Origin: an uncultured delta proteobacterium
GTDB lineage: Bacteria; Desulfobacterota; Desulfomonilia; Desulfomonilales; Desulfomonilaceae
Reading direction: 5' to 3'
Assembly: GCA_963789265.1 (NCBI GenBank)
Contig: CAWBKB010000001.1
Location: forward strand, 960,001 to 1,024,000
Length of the DNA: 64,000 bases
The notes beneath the pieces were generated by a model. It was not told the origin of the DNA. It did not search any database and saw only the letters and a list, made by a program, of their open reading frames with translations. The first letter of the stretch is position 1. The number at the start of each line of letters is the position of its first letter. Shown here one piece after another: positions 61,392-64,000 of this stretch. Made by a program: the position numbers and the translations under genes.

Positions 61392-61940
61392 TTATTTCTC
61401 TGACGCGCAGCTAAACAATAGCAGCTTGGTCCAATCCCTGAGAGCCTTGCTGTCGCTGTCTGTAAGGCCGATTATCTCAAACCCGGCCACCACGTATTGT
61501 TTAACCTTCCCCTTGGTTTCAAGCCACTTGCATTGCGCTGTTACGGCCAAGGGTGCGCTACCGACGAACATTTCTATCGGGATCTGAAATATTTTGACTT
61601 GTCCGACAGATACATCAATTCCTGCCACCCTCAACCCCTTTTCCGAAATATCCCTCAATACACCTATCTTTGAATCCTCCAGATCACGTAGAGGCACGTA
61701 GAGGGGGATGTCTGCCCGGCAATGTTCCCGCGGTTTAATACTATCAGTTTTCTCTCTGTAAAATGGAGAACTCTCATAAAGTTCAGCGTGGCTGATGGCA
61801 TTGCGCTCTACAAGCTTCTCGAAAATGGTATGAAGGGCCGGGGAGGACAGTTTATATTTCACCTGCAATTCCCAATCAGCCATGCCTGTTCGAAGGTCTT
61901 CAATTAGGTGTCTGCCGTTAATTTGCCGCTTCTGTGCCAT
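61392..61940 (-). CDS. Shared N-terminal module + PilZ domain (c-di-GMP receptor)
   Basis: PilZ motifs RxxxR (REHCR) and DxSxxG (DISEKG); GGAGG SD upstream. Confidence 0.8.
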   Translation of the reverse strand: MAQKRQINGRHLIEDLRTGMADWELQVKYKLSSPALHTIFEKLVERNAISHAELYESSPFYREKTDSIKPREHCRADIPLYVPLRDLEDSKIGVLRDISEKGLRVAGIDVSVGQVKIFQIPIEMFVGSAPLAVTAQCKWLETKGKVKQYVVAGFEIIGLTDSDSKALRDWTKLLLFSCASEK

Positions 61941-62699
61941 CGCGCCTCCGATTGCAAGAAAAAGGTCCGCAAGCTCTTATCCAAAGAGATTGGCTCGCCC
62001 ACCGGCGAGTTCTGCCTCTTCGTTGCCCGGCTCTTCAAAAACTACACCAAGGGGCGGCATAGTTGTTCTGCATCCGGCCGGAAGAGTACCCCGGGGTGTT
62101 CCTTGGCCGGCAACATGGCCGAATTCCTTTTTTATCATACTTCCCTTTTTCGCGGGAAGTGCAGCCTATTTAGCCAAGGTCAAATTCTACGGCCGAAACA
62201 GGGGCCGCCGGTTCGGGTGACTCGATTCGGAAATTTGAGGGCATGCTGAGCTGGTTCTAGTGCCTGGGCCTATTACGCCCATATTAATGTTGCACAGTTT
62301 AGCTATGTTAGGCCGAATTGCAATGGCCCGAATATATCGCCCAAACCCAACCGAGCAATTTCCACCCGCAAGCGGTTTCAGGCGTCCTCTGACGAGCTAT
62401 GAGCCGAGAGATTAAGAACGCGTGAAAATTCGCAAACAGAGCTATATCCTCGATTATTCTTGTCGATCATTCCGAGAAGGTTCGCGGGTCTTCCGCTAAT
62501 AGTACCCGGGCCGGCAATACCACGCAGCCGCACCGACATAATAGATAACTTTGCGATATCAATATGGAGTTGCAGGACGCTGTTGTGGTCACACTGCTGT
62601 TGGCACCCTTCTTGCTCAGCTTCAAGACGACTGAAAGAAAGGGTCAATTGACCACGCCTTTCTTTCGGACCGCATTAATTGACCGTCGGAGAAACGACT

Positions 62700-64000
62700 A
62701 TGGCCGGCCAAGAATTACTTTCGATGGACTTTTCAGCGGATTGGGACCGCACAGAGCACAATGGGACGTCCGAACAAGATCACACCGATTCAATTCGTGT
62801 GACAGACACGACTGAGGATGTCTCGACGCGTTCAGGCAGCTTTCGGGTAGCCGAATTTCAAGCTGCTTCTTTTCGCTCGCTCTTGAATGCCTTGCCCATT
62901 CCTGCCATGTTGGTGGACCAAACCTATTCGGTCGTTTTCGCGAACAATGCCTCTCAAAAAGTCAACATTGACTCTCACAAAATAGAAGGTGGCCCCTTTT
63001 CTCAATGCTGCCCGACCACCGTGGCGGCCTGGCCGTTCAGGCGGTCATAGACAAGGTCTTTACTCAAAGGAAACGACAGGTTTGCGATAGCCGCCTACAA
63101 GGCAAGAGTGGGACCTTATGGGGTCGCATGCATTTTCGATTGCTGCGATTTGGATCGTCGAAACTGGTACTGGTCCTCATCGAAGACCTTACCGCGGAAA
63201 AGCGAAAGCTAATTCTAACAGAAAAGCACGGCAAAATACTTAGGACCGCCCGGGATCAACTGGAGAAGGCCGTAGAGCTGCGCACCAGCGAACTGGCCGC
63301 GAGCAACTGGCGACTAAGACTGGAAATTACCGAGCGAGAAAGTGCCGAGAAAGAATTGCAAAAGGCCCACGACGAACTGGAGAAGCGCGTGGACCGGCGG
63401 ACCGCTGAACTGCTGGCGGCCAATCGTCGACTCAAGCGAGAAATCGTCGAACGCAAACGGGCCGAAGAAGAAGTGCTTAAGCTGGCGAAGCTTGAATCCA
63501 TCGGGGTCTTAGCCGGTGGCATTGCCCATGATTTCAACAATATTCTGACGGCCGTTCAAGGGAATGTCTCCATGGCCAAGTTGGCTTCGAAACCCGGGGA
63601 CAAAGTTTACAAATGGCGGGCTGAAGCAGAAAAAGCGTCCATGCGTGCCAAAGATTTGACACAGCAACTGCTCACATTTTCCAGAGGCGGCGAACCGGTG
63701 AAGAAACCCTGCCATATCGAGGGCATAGTTAGGGATTCATGCGAGTTTGCAGTACGGGGGTCGAGTGTGCGTTGTGAATTCTCCCTTCCTGAGGACGCTT
63801 GGGCAATAAATGCGGACGAGGGGCAAATCAGCCAGGTGGTGGGCAATTTGATCATAAACGCCCAGCAGGCAATGCCGCACGGAGGGGTCATTGACGTACG
63901 AGTAGAGAATCTTGTAATCGGGCCTGAACGCGGCCTCCCTATCTCCTCTGGTGAATACGTAAGGTTGTCTATCAAAGATCATGGCGTCGGAATACCTGAA
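62700..64000 (+). CDS. PAS-like + coiled-coil histidine kinase (partial, runs off the window end; -1 frameshift at ~63000)
   Basis: After the shift, manual translation gives ...VLVLIEDLTAEKRK...LESIGVLAGGIAHDFNNILT...QISQVVGNLIINAQQAMP...IKDHGVGIPE. Confidence 0.85.

Overview
64-kb chromosomal window from an anaerobic deltaproteobacterium. Gene content and protein style suggest a Desulfomonile/Syntrophobacter-like organism (inference, no search run). Core loci: tRNA-Gly(CCC)-rimP-nusA-ylxR-infB-DUF503-rbfA-nrnA, a CNNM/CBS transporter, ppiD, mreBCD-mrdA-rodA, thiM-thiE, a sigma54-type hoxEFUYH bidirectional [NiFe] hydrogenase operon without an adjacent hoxW, a MurF-Alr fusion, pepN, and a hybrid kinase + REC-GGDEF + REC-HD-GYP c-di-GMP module. 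Accessory content: BrnT/CopG, HicB-HicA and orphan DUF2442 toxin-antitoxin genes, a ~990-aa HD-domain + HSP90/GHKL ATPase fusion (candidate defence protein), a FecR-like protein with a long Leu/Gln repeat tail, and an IS3 orfA remnant. Most notable observations: (1) one unrecognised ~50-aa N-terminal module is shared by three unrelated proteins (beta-propeller, M50-like protease, PilZ) within 8 kb; (2) intergenic spacers are built from nested non-autonomous elements (MITEs with exact TSDs, REP-like palindromes, and a mini-hairpin that sits inside five other repeat families); (3) six single-base frameshifts occur, three in the same GTACT->GGTACT context and two explainable as TGAG->TCGAG, which points to motif-dependent (possibly methylation-linked) consensus errors rather than true pseudogenes.
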